The notes below the pieces were generated by a model. The model saw only the letters and a list, made by a program, of their open reading frames with translations. It was not told where the DNA came from and made no database searches. From NCBI RefSeq assembly GCF_006345805.1, contig NC_042997.1, positions 113,956,001-114,020,000 on the forward strand: a DNA stretch of 64,000 nucleotides, given 5' to 3'. Positions 13,191 through 25,842 of the stretch are shown here, piece after piece. This DNA comes from Octopus sinensis. Taxonomy: Eukaryota. Made by a program: the position numbers and the translations under genes. The stretch's first letter is position 1. Every line of letters starts with the position of its first letter.

Positions 13191-16100
13191 AAGGCAGATA
13201 AACACATATAGGTTTGATGAGTATAGTTATATGATATACAAAAGGTTTTTATGTAACAGTTGTATCTTAACACCTGTTTCGGGTGAACCATAGCATACGC
13301 TTTGACCATGTGTATTACATAATAAAGAACCATAATGTAGGTGTATGGAATAACATAAGTTCCTAAAGAGCCATGAAGCAAAGCCATGTCACCCTCATCA
13401 GAGGGGTGTGGCTTAAAGCCTGTTTCACAACAGCGTACATACAAGTGTGACTATGATTAAGAAATTTGAGTGTCTTCTACTATGGACCCAGGCCAACCAA
13501 ACCCTTGCGAGTGAATTTGGTTGTCAGAAACTAAAAGAAACCTGTCATGTGTGTATGCATGTGTGCACGCACATGTGTGTGTATAAAAGTTTGTATATAT
13601 GTGTCTCTCTCTGTCATGATATCACCTGGTAACTGTGAATGAGTATCATCATCATACAATCATCCTTCATTTCCAATCTTCCATGAAAACGTGTAGTAGA
13701 AACAGGTGAGTGTTGGTGACAGCAAGGGCACCCACCTATAGAAAGACTGCTTCAACAAATTCTGTCTGACCTATGCATGCATGGAAAGATGAATGTTAAA
13801 ATGATGATGATATATATATGTATATATATACGTCCAACCCATGCCAGCATGCAAAACGGACGTAAAACGATGATGGTGATATATGTGTTTATGTATGCAC
13901 ACACACACACACACACACACATGAATGTATTTTGTTACAAAACTACTTTATGCTAATACTTAAAGCTTTGTGATTTCAGACCACTGTTGGCATCCAACTT
14001 TTCTGAGAACCTCATGACAATGTTTCTCCTCCATATTCTGTCTGTTCCTGCAGTTATCTATCACATTAATATGCATTCTCAAGAGGTAAGCACATTTATT
14101 TCACATACGGGATTCCATACAATGTAATGCGAAATGAGCTCAAATAGAAGACAACTCAGGAGGGTCACGTTTTAACAAATGTATTAGTTTAATACTTAAA
14201 AAGAAGGGGAAATATTTTGACGTTTCAGATGATAGTTCTTCACCAGACAAAAAAAAAGACACACACACACTCTCTCACACAATGGGTTTCTACACAATCT
14301 ACCAAATTCGCTCACAAGGCATTGGTTGGCCTCAAATTTTAATAGAAAAGCTTGAGAGGACCTGTTGAGTTGAGTTAAAGCAAAATCGTAGCTGTGGCCA
14401 GTGCCCTCTGACTGGTTTCTATCCAAATGTGATCGATGCCAGGGCCGCCTGACTGGCTCCTGTGCTGGCAACATGTAAAAAGCACCATCCAAACGTGGCC
14501 GATGCCAGTACCCCCTGACTGGCTCTCATGTTGGTGGTACATAAAAAGCACTTTCTGAACATGATCGATTCCAGGGCCGCCTGAATGGCTCCCGTGCTGG
14601 TGGTATGTAAAAAGCACTATCTGAACGTGATTGATGCCAGGCCTGACTGGCTGGCTCCTGTGCAGGTGGCACATAAAAAGCACCCACTACGTTCTGCTGA
14701 GTGGTTGGTGTTAGGAAAGGCATCCAGCTGTAGAAACATTGTCAGATCAGATTGAAGCCTGGTGCAGCTGCTGGCTATCCAGACCCCAGTCAAACTGTCC
14801 AACCCATGCCAGCATGGGAAGCGGACATTAAACGATGATGATGATGATGACTTGCCCAAGGAGTCACACAATGGAACTGAACCTGAAGCCACTTGATTGC
14901 ACGTAAAAAGCACCCACTACACTCTGCTGAGTGGTTAGCGTTAGGAAGGGCATCCAGTTGTAGAAACTTTGCCAAATCAGATTGAAGCCTGGTACAGTTT
15001 CCTGGCTTGCCAGTCCCAAGTCAAATCATCCAACCCATGCCAGCATGGAAAGCGGACGTTAAACAATGATGATGATGATGAATCTGTCAAAATTCATCAT
15101 TATATTCTACAAGACAAAAAAGGACGTTTAAGAACAACAGACATACTGACAATGTACTCATTAGCCCTTATCATCAAAATGTTTGTTATATGATTTTGTT
15201 TAAAAAATCCTTTTGCTTTTGTCTTGCAGTGTATGAACACATTAGTAACACATCGTATCTTTAAACGGTGTCTTGATTTATTAACCAATGAACAAAGTAC
15301 TCGCATAGTGTTCAATTCATTAGAAGGAAACTATGCTCTGTGCCTTTTAGGTAAGTGTTTCAAATAAAACTTATATATTTCTGGATAGATTTTTACACAG
15401 AATCAGACTAAATACTTTGTCCCTCCTGCTGTAACTTGCAGAGTTAGTCTTTCCTAAGACTAACTCTGGAAATTAGACTTTGGCAGTATTGCCTGTTGCT
15501 CTTTTTTATTTTACTCTCTCTTTACTCTTTTACTTGTTTCAGTCATGTGACTGTGGTCATGCTGGAGCACCGCATTTAGTCGAGCAAATTGACCCCCAGG
15601 ACTTACTCTTTGGAAGCCTAGTACTTATTCTAACGGTCTCTTTTGCCGAACCACTAAGTTACGGGGACACAAACACACCAGTATCAGTTGTCAATTGATG
15701 TTGGGAGGATGAACACAGACACACAAACATATACACATACATATATATACATATATACAACGGGCTTCTTTCAGTTTCTGCCTCACAATCTACTCACAAG
15801 GCTTTGGTCAGCCCGAGGCTATAGTAGAAGACACTTGCTCAAAGTGCCACACAGTGGGACTGAACTTGGAACCATGTAGTTCATAAGCAAGCTACTTACC
15901 ACTCCTACACACCTATTGTAGAACTGATTTAACATTTTTAAAAATATTTTTTTACTGGCTTCAGTCACTTGACTTGTGGCCATGCTAGAACATCAATGCA
16001 AACGTTTTTAGTCAGTTATATTGACTCCTGCTTAGTCTGATCTCCATTTGAATCATTTCTATTTGTCAAATGATGAAGTTCCTTCACATAGTGTTTAGAT

Positions 16101-16528
16101 CAGTTTATACAACTAATGTCATATATCACTGCTCACTGTATCAATTTATACACACACACACATATATATTATAAGTTAGGGTATCTACGAGATACCACCA
16201 TGCTGAAAATAGCAGCTGTGATCTGACTATAAAACCACCTTAATTGTCCATATATCAACACAGAGAGAAAACAAAGAGACAAGATGAGAGTTATCCAGTA
16301 ATTTTTTACTAGTTTCATCTTGTCTCTTTGTTTTCTCTCCGTGTTGATATATGGACAATTAAGGTGGTTTTATAGTCAGATCATGGCTGCTATTTTCAGC
16401 ATGGTGGTATCTCGTAGATACCCTAATTTATAATTTTAATAATTATTACCTTTGAAGGTTATTTTTCCCATGACCACTTGATAAAATCGTTTTATTTTTA
16501 AATTAATGAACTTATCCGTATATATGTA

Positions 16529-16586
<58 letters not shown>

Positions 16587-19500
16587 TTTGTGTGCATATA
16601 TCCATGCACCTATTGTTATGAATGGAAGTAACACTATGTATCTCTGCTCACCACATGGATTTACTCACACACACACGCACACATTGGCATTAAGAAAGGC
16701 ATCCAGCTGTAGAAATGATGCCAAAGTAGATATTGCAGCTTGGTGCAGTCCCCTCACCTGCTGGCTCCTGTTGGAATGTTCAATTGTGCCACCATGGAAA
16801 ATGGATATTAAAGGATAATGATGACATTTTATATACATATACAGGAAGGACTCTACTGTCGTTAGACGACAATTGAGGGTTCGACAGTTTCTTACCGGAC
16901 AACCACACACATGATTTGTTTACAGTGATCAAATGTTTGTGTAGACATAAGCCAACTCCCTCCATCTTATTAACATTACCTGTGCAGGTGCAATGGGTGC
17001 CACATGTCAGATGTCTAAATAATCGCAGAGCAATGTGAAATGAAGTGCTTTGCTCAAGAGCACAACACAACTGAATTTTGTTGAAGCAAATTTTCTTTGG
17101 CTTAGGGTTAGGGTTAACCTTTCTTGTTCTGACATGTTTCCATGTTTTCACAGAATATTAGAAATGAATGACATCATTTGTGTGATAGTAGCACTCACTT
17201 GCAACTACCATGTGAAAACAAGGACACACAGACACACATATATATGATAATCTTCTTTCAGTTTCTGTCTACCAAATCTACTCGTAAGGCTTTCGTCAGC
17301 CTGGGGTTATAGCAGAAAAATACTTGCTCCTGCTGCTCTGCTGTGGGACTGAACCTGAAACTATGTGGTTAAGAAGCAAACTTATTAACCACACAGACAT
17401 ACCTGCACCACCAATTAAATACTGTTTTTTTCTTGTTGTTTTTATTTATAGCTAATCTGGTACATCTTGGCTATACTGAAGTTGAGGTGAGTTTTTACAG
17501 TTTTCAGTTTTCACCCTTTTTTCAGTGTCTTCATCCATACAAGCTAAGTTACTGAAATAAAAAAGTAGAGTTGTTTAGGGTTTCAAGTACACTTCTTTCA
17601 GAAACATTTTTTTCATGATCAGAACTGTTGAGGCATGGAATAAACTTTCCATATCAGTTGTTAGAATATTGCATTCTTCAAAAATTCCATGCTTCTCTAA
17701 ATTCACCAACAATACTCTTGACCTGCGTATGCACCCTTTCATTTTATGACCCTTAACCCTTTCATTACCAACCCAGCTGAAATCAGCTCTGGCTCTGAGT
17801 ACAAATGTCTTATTTTCATAAGTTCTGAATTAAAATCTTCCACCAAACTTGAGTCACAACAGAAATACGGTATTGAAAAGGTTAAAATATATAATGGAGA
17901 AACAATTCTTAACCCTTTCGATACCAACCTGCCTAAAACTGCCTCTGGCTCTGTAGTACAAATGTCTTATTTTCATAAGTTCTGAATTAAAATCTTCCAC
18001 CAAACTTTAGTCACAATTAATGTTCCTAACACTAGCTGAATGATAACAAAGTTATTTTACTGAATTCTTTGTTATGTTTAAAGTAATTGAAAGAAACATA
18101 GAGCATCTCAAAATAAATACATAACGAAAGGGTTAATGTTCACTTTTTTGTCTTTTTGTATTATTTTCTGTACACTGTGAATGCACTTCTAGCTTTCATT
18201 GCTGTCTTTCTTTATTTGACTTCTTTCTCCTTTCTGTCTCCTCTTTTAACCTTTTCTGACTAGTTCTAATGCACCTGAAAACTGTATATAATAATTTCAT
18301 TAATTCTATTATGTTATTAAGAGTGCTTAAGAGGAATCAGATATAGTATGCAAGAAAGAAGACTGCACTGGTATGGACAGGTGATGCATATGGATAGTGA
18401 CAGCTGTTTAAAGAAGTACTGACCACTAAATGTGGCTGGAGCTATATTTTTAGTAATATATTAGTAATATTCATAATTATTAAGATATCTAATATTATTA
18501 TGGAAATTTTATTACTTAATATGATATATAATCTATTTTCATTAAGTTCATAGCTTGATTAATTGGCAATTATTTTCACATAATATCTACATTCAGTATT
18601 ATCTTAATGTATTGTTGTATATTTATTTATATATTGCTTTTTTACATTGATTTTTGTATTTTGTTTTAAAATGTTATGCCGTAGATTGACAAATGATTAT
18701 TTAGTATGAAATATAATTGGTTTATGTTATCAATACATTTTGTTTGTTATCAAAGCTTTACTGCTCATTGATACAATATTTCTTATTTTTCCCAGGGTTT
18801 GGTTGAAAATACTTTAAAATTTATGGTAAGATTAATTTTTTTGTTTAAACATTAGTTACCGGACTTACAAAAAATGTTAACTATCATCATCATCAACATC
18901 ATTTTTTTAACACCCAACTCTTCTGTGCTTGTGTCAGACAAGACTATATTGAAGCAGGGTTTTTTAATGTCTGAAGCCCTTGCTGGTGCCAACTCTCACT
19001 TGTTTCCAAAGTTGGTAATAATCCTCCAGTTTGTTGGAAAATGAACAGCCCAGACATGGTTTCACATACAACTGGAAACAAATGACCCTATTTGAATGCA
19101 CCTTTTGTTTATAGACAGCAAATGCTGTGGGGAAACTCAAACTCTGTCTCTCTCACTGATGCACATACATATATCATCCTTTAATGTCCGTTTTCCACGC
19201 TGGCAAGTGTTGGGTGGTTTGACAGGAGCTGGTGATGTTGGGAACTCTAATTGTCTGCATTGGTATGGTTTCTACAGCTGGATGCCCCTTCCTAATGCCA
19301 ACCATTTAACAGAGTGTACTGGGGGCTTTTTACTATCAGCACCAACAGGATCAGCAAGCAATTTGCCAGACAAAACTCGTCATCTGAGAGGTGGTGGTGG
19401 GGGGTTTAGTATTGAAGGGAGGGGGTTTCGTGCCAGTTGAGAGATTAATGGTATAGTGCTACAAGAACAGGTGTCTTGCTGTTGAGTAGATACATTGGAT

Positions 19501-22500
19501 ACCCCTGGTGGAAAAGAAAGGAGAATAATATAAAGACAGGAATAGCCATCGTCCTTATTATTAAGGTGGTGAGCTGGCAGAAATGTTAGCACAACAGACA
19601 AAATGCTTAGCAGCATTTTGTATGTTTTTACATTCTGAGTTCAAATATTCCTATGGCTGACTTTGCCTTTCATCTTTTCGGGGGTCAATAAAATAAGAAC
19701 CAGCCCCTTCTCCAAACATTTCAGGCCTTGTGTCTGTAATAGAAAGGATAATTGTTATTATTATTATTGAGTGAGAGAGTAGTACATGCCATCAAAGTGA
19801 CACTGGGGTAAAATATATGAAGCCCAGTATACCCATCATGATTACCCATCTGATAAGGGTTCACCAGGCACATGCATCACAACCATATGTGTATGACATG
19901 GTGATCTCATATCAAAATAAACTGTGCATGACCTTGTAGGTGGGGCCCAGTTAGAATTTTCTTCAGGTCAAGTAGGCCATCCGACTCAAAAGGTCCCTGA
20001 ATAAGGTTTGTTTAAGAATGGTGAACAAAATACCCATGTTTCCAAAGGTGAATTATTCAAACCCCAAAGAATTCATCTCAACACATGGCTATGATGGTCT
20101 CCCACTACTGCTTGTGATCAGAGATGCACATATCGTCAGCCACTAAGGGACATGGTCAACTGGTTACGGTCAAACAACTGACAAGCAAATCTGTGGTATT
20201 AAGCAGAATATGTGCTGTAGCCCATCTTTTTATACCAAGACAAAACATGTACTTCATAACACTTCCTATCAGTTAAGATCAGAAACCACGAGAGCCACTG
20301 CCAGGTACTGCATCAGGGCTCGTCATCATCATCATCACCACCATCACCATCATCATCATCGTCATCATCACCACTACCATCACCACCACCACCATCATCA
20401 TCATCTGAGGTTGTGTTGTAACTCTTGGAGTCTTGCATGCATCGCTGGCTTGCTACCTGCAGCCTACGGTACCACATTATCTGTTCTTTTCAACTTTCCT
20501 GATTATTCTGGCCATGCCAAGGAGGTAAATCGTTTGTAACAGTTCTACTGGGCACTCTATTCCAATTTCCTTTATATTCCTCTTGGTGCCTTCTGATATT
20601 GTCTCCAAGGACCCAACAATAATTGCCACTATCTTCACCTTCTTCTTTTTCCAAAGCCGGGTTATTTATTTTGTACATAAGAGGGTTGTATCTATCTATT
20701 TTTACACCTTCCTTCTTGACAGTTTGTGGGTCAAAAGGTTATGCTTAGTCTTTACACCTATTTTGTGTTATTATTTATTGCTATATAATTTATTATCTAA
20801 AATGTTATCTTTGTTGTCTTCTCACAAATTCTACTTGGCTCGTATTTTTTCAGAACGTAATGATATATTTATTGGACAGTTGTAAAAAATATGTCCAAAG
20901 CAAGAAATCGAACCTGACATTGTGGCACCCTGTTTTAGGTTGGTTCTCCCAAAACACAGACCAAAGGTCAGTAGTGTTTGTTGTAGTAAATGCACTTGTG
21001 CATTTGTTTGTAAGTTATTGCGAGTGTGCCTTCTTTTTATGTTGTGATCATCAGACCATAAATCTTCCATAAACTTAAACATCTAGCAATCAACATTATT
21101 TACATTTGATGGATATTTGTCCTCATCTTGTTTGTTGTTAACACGTTTCGGCTGATAAACTCTCCAGACTGCATCAGGTATCTTGGGGAAATTTCGGTAT
21201 GGAGGAAGGATAGGAAAATATTAGATTTATAAGCCCTAAAATTCACTCTATAATTTCTGGTGGGCATATGGCGTAGTGGTTAAGAGTGCGGGCTACTAAC
21301 CCCAAGATTCAGAGTTTGATTCCAGGCAGTAACCTGAATAATAATAATCATAGTGGCGAAGAAGAAGAAAAATACCATAGGGATGAGAACCCAGGTTTGA
21401 AATTTCCCCATGGCACTTGAAGGCTGGAGGGTTATCAGCTGAAACGGCAAATATCCGTCAAATGTAAATAATGTAAATAATTCCTCATCTCTTAAATATA
21501 GAACTGTATTATCTAGCAATCAAGTATTTCAAAGGTCAATAAGGCTGGCCTTCTTCAAGGGCTTGTGTAGGGAGCATTCTTCTCTATTGAGACTTCTCCG
21601 TATTGCTTGTCAGATATTATAGCCATAAACTGTTCCAAGAATTATATGTTCTCTAATGCTGAAGATTATTTGCCAATGTAACATGGCAGTCCTGGTTTAG
21701 GATGAATGTTGCTGTAATTTAGCCTCAGGAGGCGTCGTTTCCAACTGGCTATACAACACAATCTGTGTCCTTATATTTTTGAACAAAGGCATTTAGCACC
21801 CCCTTTCATTTCAAAACACTATCTGTGTATCACGATTTCCAGGTTATTTCCTGTCATTAGCACGGAATAGTTGTTTGGCTAGATGAAGAGAATTGTACTG
21901 ATGAAGGGAAATCGCAATGCACAAATATTGTTTTGAGCTGTGTGGGAGTGCTAAATGCCCTTGTTTGAAAATATAAGGATACAGATTGTGTTGTTTAGCC
22001 AGCGGGAGACAATGTCTCCTGGGGCTAAATTACAGCAACATTTGTCCTAAACCAGCAGTGCCATGTTAGCAAATAATCTTTACTCGAGAGTACTGTTGCT
22101 GAATATCTCTCGTTGAGAAATTTACAGAATTCACATGGTTTTGATTCTGTTGCTTGTGACATTGGGAAAGGCATGAATATCACAACTTCTATAAATTTTG
22201 ATTTATTATAAAAACAATTAAAATTCACATTTTCAGGGAAGAAGGAACAGGAAGTTCCAATTTCTTCAAATATGTTTCATTAATATTATACATATTTTAA
22301 GTGTTGAGCTGGCAGAATTGTTAGCATGTTGGACAAAATGTTTAGCGTCATTTTGTTTGACTTCACGTTCTGAGTTCAAATTCAGCCAGGGTTGACTTGG
22401 CCATTCATCCTTTCAGGGTCAATGAGATAAGTACTAGTTGCATACTGGGGTCAATGTAATCAACTTACCCTCTCTCCCTGAACTTGCTGGCCTTCTATTG

Positions 22501-25500
22501 TAATATTTGTAAAAGTCTGAAACAGATATAAATGAATATCAGTTCTTTATTTATTTATTATTTTTTTGTTAAAGTACGAAATTTCAGACAATACAGATAT
22601 TTGTGTAATACAATCATCATCATCATTTAACGCCTGTTTTCCATGCTGGCACGTGGCTTGGTGGTTAGGATGTTGGACTCATGATCGTAAGATTGTCGTT
22701 TCAATTCCTAGACCGGGCGATGCATTATGTTCTTGGGCAAAACACTTCATTTCACCTTGCTCCAGTCCACTTAGCTGGCAAAAATGTGTAATCCTGTGAC
22801 AGATTGGTGTCCCGTCCAGTGGGGGGAATATATACACCACTGAAACCGGGAAATTGGCCCTTATGAGCCTGGCATGGCTCAAGAAGGAAACATTTAGTTT
22901 TTCATTCTTCCATGAGTTGGACACTAATAAAATATATTTTAGGGAACTACAACTTTCTGTTACTTCTACCTTGAAAATGTAAATCTTAATTGCTTTTATA
23001 ATTAATAATCATTCATTACAAATATCTTTTTTTTTTTTTTTGGAGAAAAGATTGTTTGCCAACATAACATGGCAGTCCTGGTTTAGGATGAATGTTGCTG
23101 TAATTTAACCCCAGGAGACATCGTCTCCAACTGGCTATACGACATGATCTGTGTCCTTATATTTTTGAACAAGGGAATCTAGCACCCCCACTCAGCTCAA
23201 AACAATATCTGTGTATCACGATTTCTGGGTTATTTCTCTTCATCAGCACAATAATTGTTCAGCTAGAGGTGGTGATACACAGATTTTGTTTTGAGCGTAG
23301 TGGGGTGCTAGATTCCCTTCGAAAATATAAAGATTACAGACCATGTCATATAGCCAGCTGGAGACAATGTCTCCTGGGGCTAAATTACAGCAACATTCAT
23401 CCTAAACCAGGACTGCCATGTTATGAAGGTAAAAATCTTTACTCCAAAGTACTGTTGCTGAATATCTCTCATTGTGAGATTTAAAAATAGTAATTTCCAT
23501 CTTTTTTTTTTTTTTGGAGAAAAGATTGTTTGCCAACATAACATGGCAGTCCTGGTTTAGGATGAATGTTGCTGTAATTTAACCCCAGGAGACATCGTCT
23601 CCAACTGGCTATACGACATGATCTGTGTCCTTATATTTTTGAACAAGGGAATCTAGCACCCCCACTCAGCTCAAAACAATATCTGTGTATCACGATTTCT
23701 GGGTTATTTCTCTTCATCAGCACAATAATTGTTCAGCTAGAGGTGGTGATACACAGATTTTGTTTTGAGCGTAGTGGGGTGCTAGATTCCCTTCGAAAAT
23801 ATAAAGATTACAGACCATGTCATATAGCCAGCTGGAGACAATGTCTCCTGGGGCTAAATTACAGCAACATTCATCCTAAACCAGGACTGCCATGTTATGA
23901 AGGTAAAAATCTTTACTCCAAAGTACTGTTGCTGAATATCTCTCATTGTGAGATTTAAAAATAGTAATTTCCATCTTTTTTTTTGTTTTTAATTTTCTCT
24001 CTTCAGTTTACATGAAGCCATGCCATATGTTGTGAAACAACTACAGCTTCTGTGGAGTAGCAAAATGATTCGATTACTGTTTAATGAATTGCTGGAGTAT
24101 GTTGATGCCAATAAACAAACACAACAACAGACCAAGTCCAGTGCCTCTTCACCAACTAAAGGTGAGCATCTTAGGTTTCCACTTTTATCATTGTCACCAC
24201 TATCAGGATTTTACATCCATTTTTCTTCTGTGTTTGCCTGGATTGGATGGGTTTCCTCTGGTACAGAATATTACTAATTATTGCAATTCTTTATCATTTC
24301 CTTCATGAGGTTCTGTTTCTTGAGATGAGTTTTATACTACTGCCTCCAGGTCTTCTTTGATCCTTCTTTTTCATTGGTTCCTTCAATTTAGATTACTCAA
24401 CACTTCTTTACCCAATATCATCCTCCATATACACCTCATGGCCATCCCAACTCAGACTTTTTCCTTGCCACACTACAACTGACTCCCTTCATACCCAGTT
24501 TTTCTCAACTATACCCATTTTTTTTAGTGATCACCTGATCACAGACCATTGTACCCTATCAAGGGTCTTCCCCAAATCAACAACTGCTAGATATTGGGGC
24601 TTGCAATTTGTGAAGAATTTCTCCTGTAAGTTATCTCATTAAAAAGAGGGAATCACTGATACCTATCCTGGCACAAACCTTAAACCTCCATTGCTCCTAA
24701 ACCAATTCCCTTCCTAATCAATCATACTACAACTCTTTTTCTATTTACATTTATAACCTGGTACGTCAGTTTCATTCCTCTTTATTGCCTCTCACTTGAG
24801 CATCTCCTCTGTTCTTGCAGCCAATTGATGAGGATACTGCTGTACCAGTCATTAAGTGTGATCCATTCCTGTACTTTTTAATTATCCATGTATATGACTA
24901 GTGTATTTACTACATTGTTGGATAATTTTCAACTTCTCAGCAGCTATCTCTGGTCCTGTTTTTTTTTTTTCTTTCTGCCTTCATATCCCTGTGAAGGCAC
25001 ATGGCCTAGTGATTAGAGCAGCTGACTCGCGGTCGAGGGATCACAGGTTTGAATCTCAGACCGGACGATGTGTGTGTTTATGAGCAAAACACCTAAGCTC
25101 CACGTGGCTCCGGCAGAAGGTAATGGCGAACTTCTGCTGACTCTTTTGCTACAACTTTCTCTCACTGTTTCCTCCTGCATCTTGCAGCTCATTTGTGATG
25201 GACCGGTGTCCCGTCCATGTGGAGAACCTATGCGCCAAGGAAACCAGGAAACCGGTCCTTATGAGCCAGGCATGGCTCAAGAAGGAACTTCATATCCCTA
25301 ATGGTCAACTATATCAGTTTCACTAGTTGGTCCTTCCATTGGGTCTACTTGGAACAGTCCATCTCTCTCCCACCTTCACTCTTCATTAACCTGTCTTAGT
25401 AGCATTTCCATACTCCTACATCGCCCCCCCCCCCCTGATATCCTGATTCCTACTGATACACTGCCTTGCAATCCAGAACAGCTCACACCTCTGATAGCAA

Positions 25501-25796
25501 ACAATTGTTATTAGTGGTGACCCTTTCAGTGCAGGTATCACTTAAAAGCACCCAGTCCACTCTGCTGAGGAGTTGTTGTTTGGAAGGGCATTCAGCTTTA
25601 AAAATCTTGCCAAAACTGACCTCACCTGTGCTTGTGCCACTTAAAAATCACTAAGTCCACTCTGCTGAGTGGTTGGTGTTTGGAAGGACATCCAACGGTT
25701 AAAATCCTGCCAAATCAGTCACAGAAGTCTGGCTCTTGCGAAACCATCCCACCTATGCTAGCATAGAAGGCAGACGTTAAAAGATGATAATGATCA

Positions 25797-25842
<46 letters not shown>

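Larger units (their letters stand above)
23027..23975. repeat. Tandem duplication, 2 x about 474 bp
   Basis: Identical ORFs at 23269 and 23743; atc+(T)n at all three junctions. Confidence 0.95.

Noticed and set aside
13385-13430. Minus-strand CTGATGA with a nearby GAAAC
   Set aside because: Motifs are in the wrong order and there is no stem II followed by GAAA.
20240-20317. Faint snRNA/5S-like look of the minus-strand end of the 19769-20317 repeat
   Set aside because: Only short scattered matches to U2 or 5S as recalled; cannot be supported without a covariance-model search.
20210-20539. Poly-His ORF of 109 aa
   Set aside because: Produced by a (CAT/CAC)n microsatellite between two repeat fragments; no splice or homology support.
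23269-23958. Two identical 71-aa ORFs suggesting a duplicated small gene
   Set aside because: They lie in the right arm of a MITE within the tandem duplication and show no protein-like motif.
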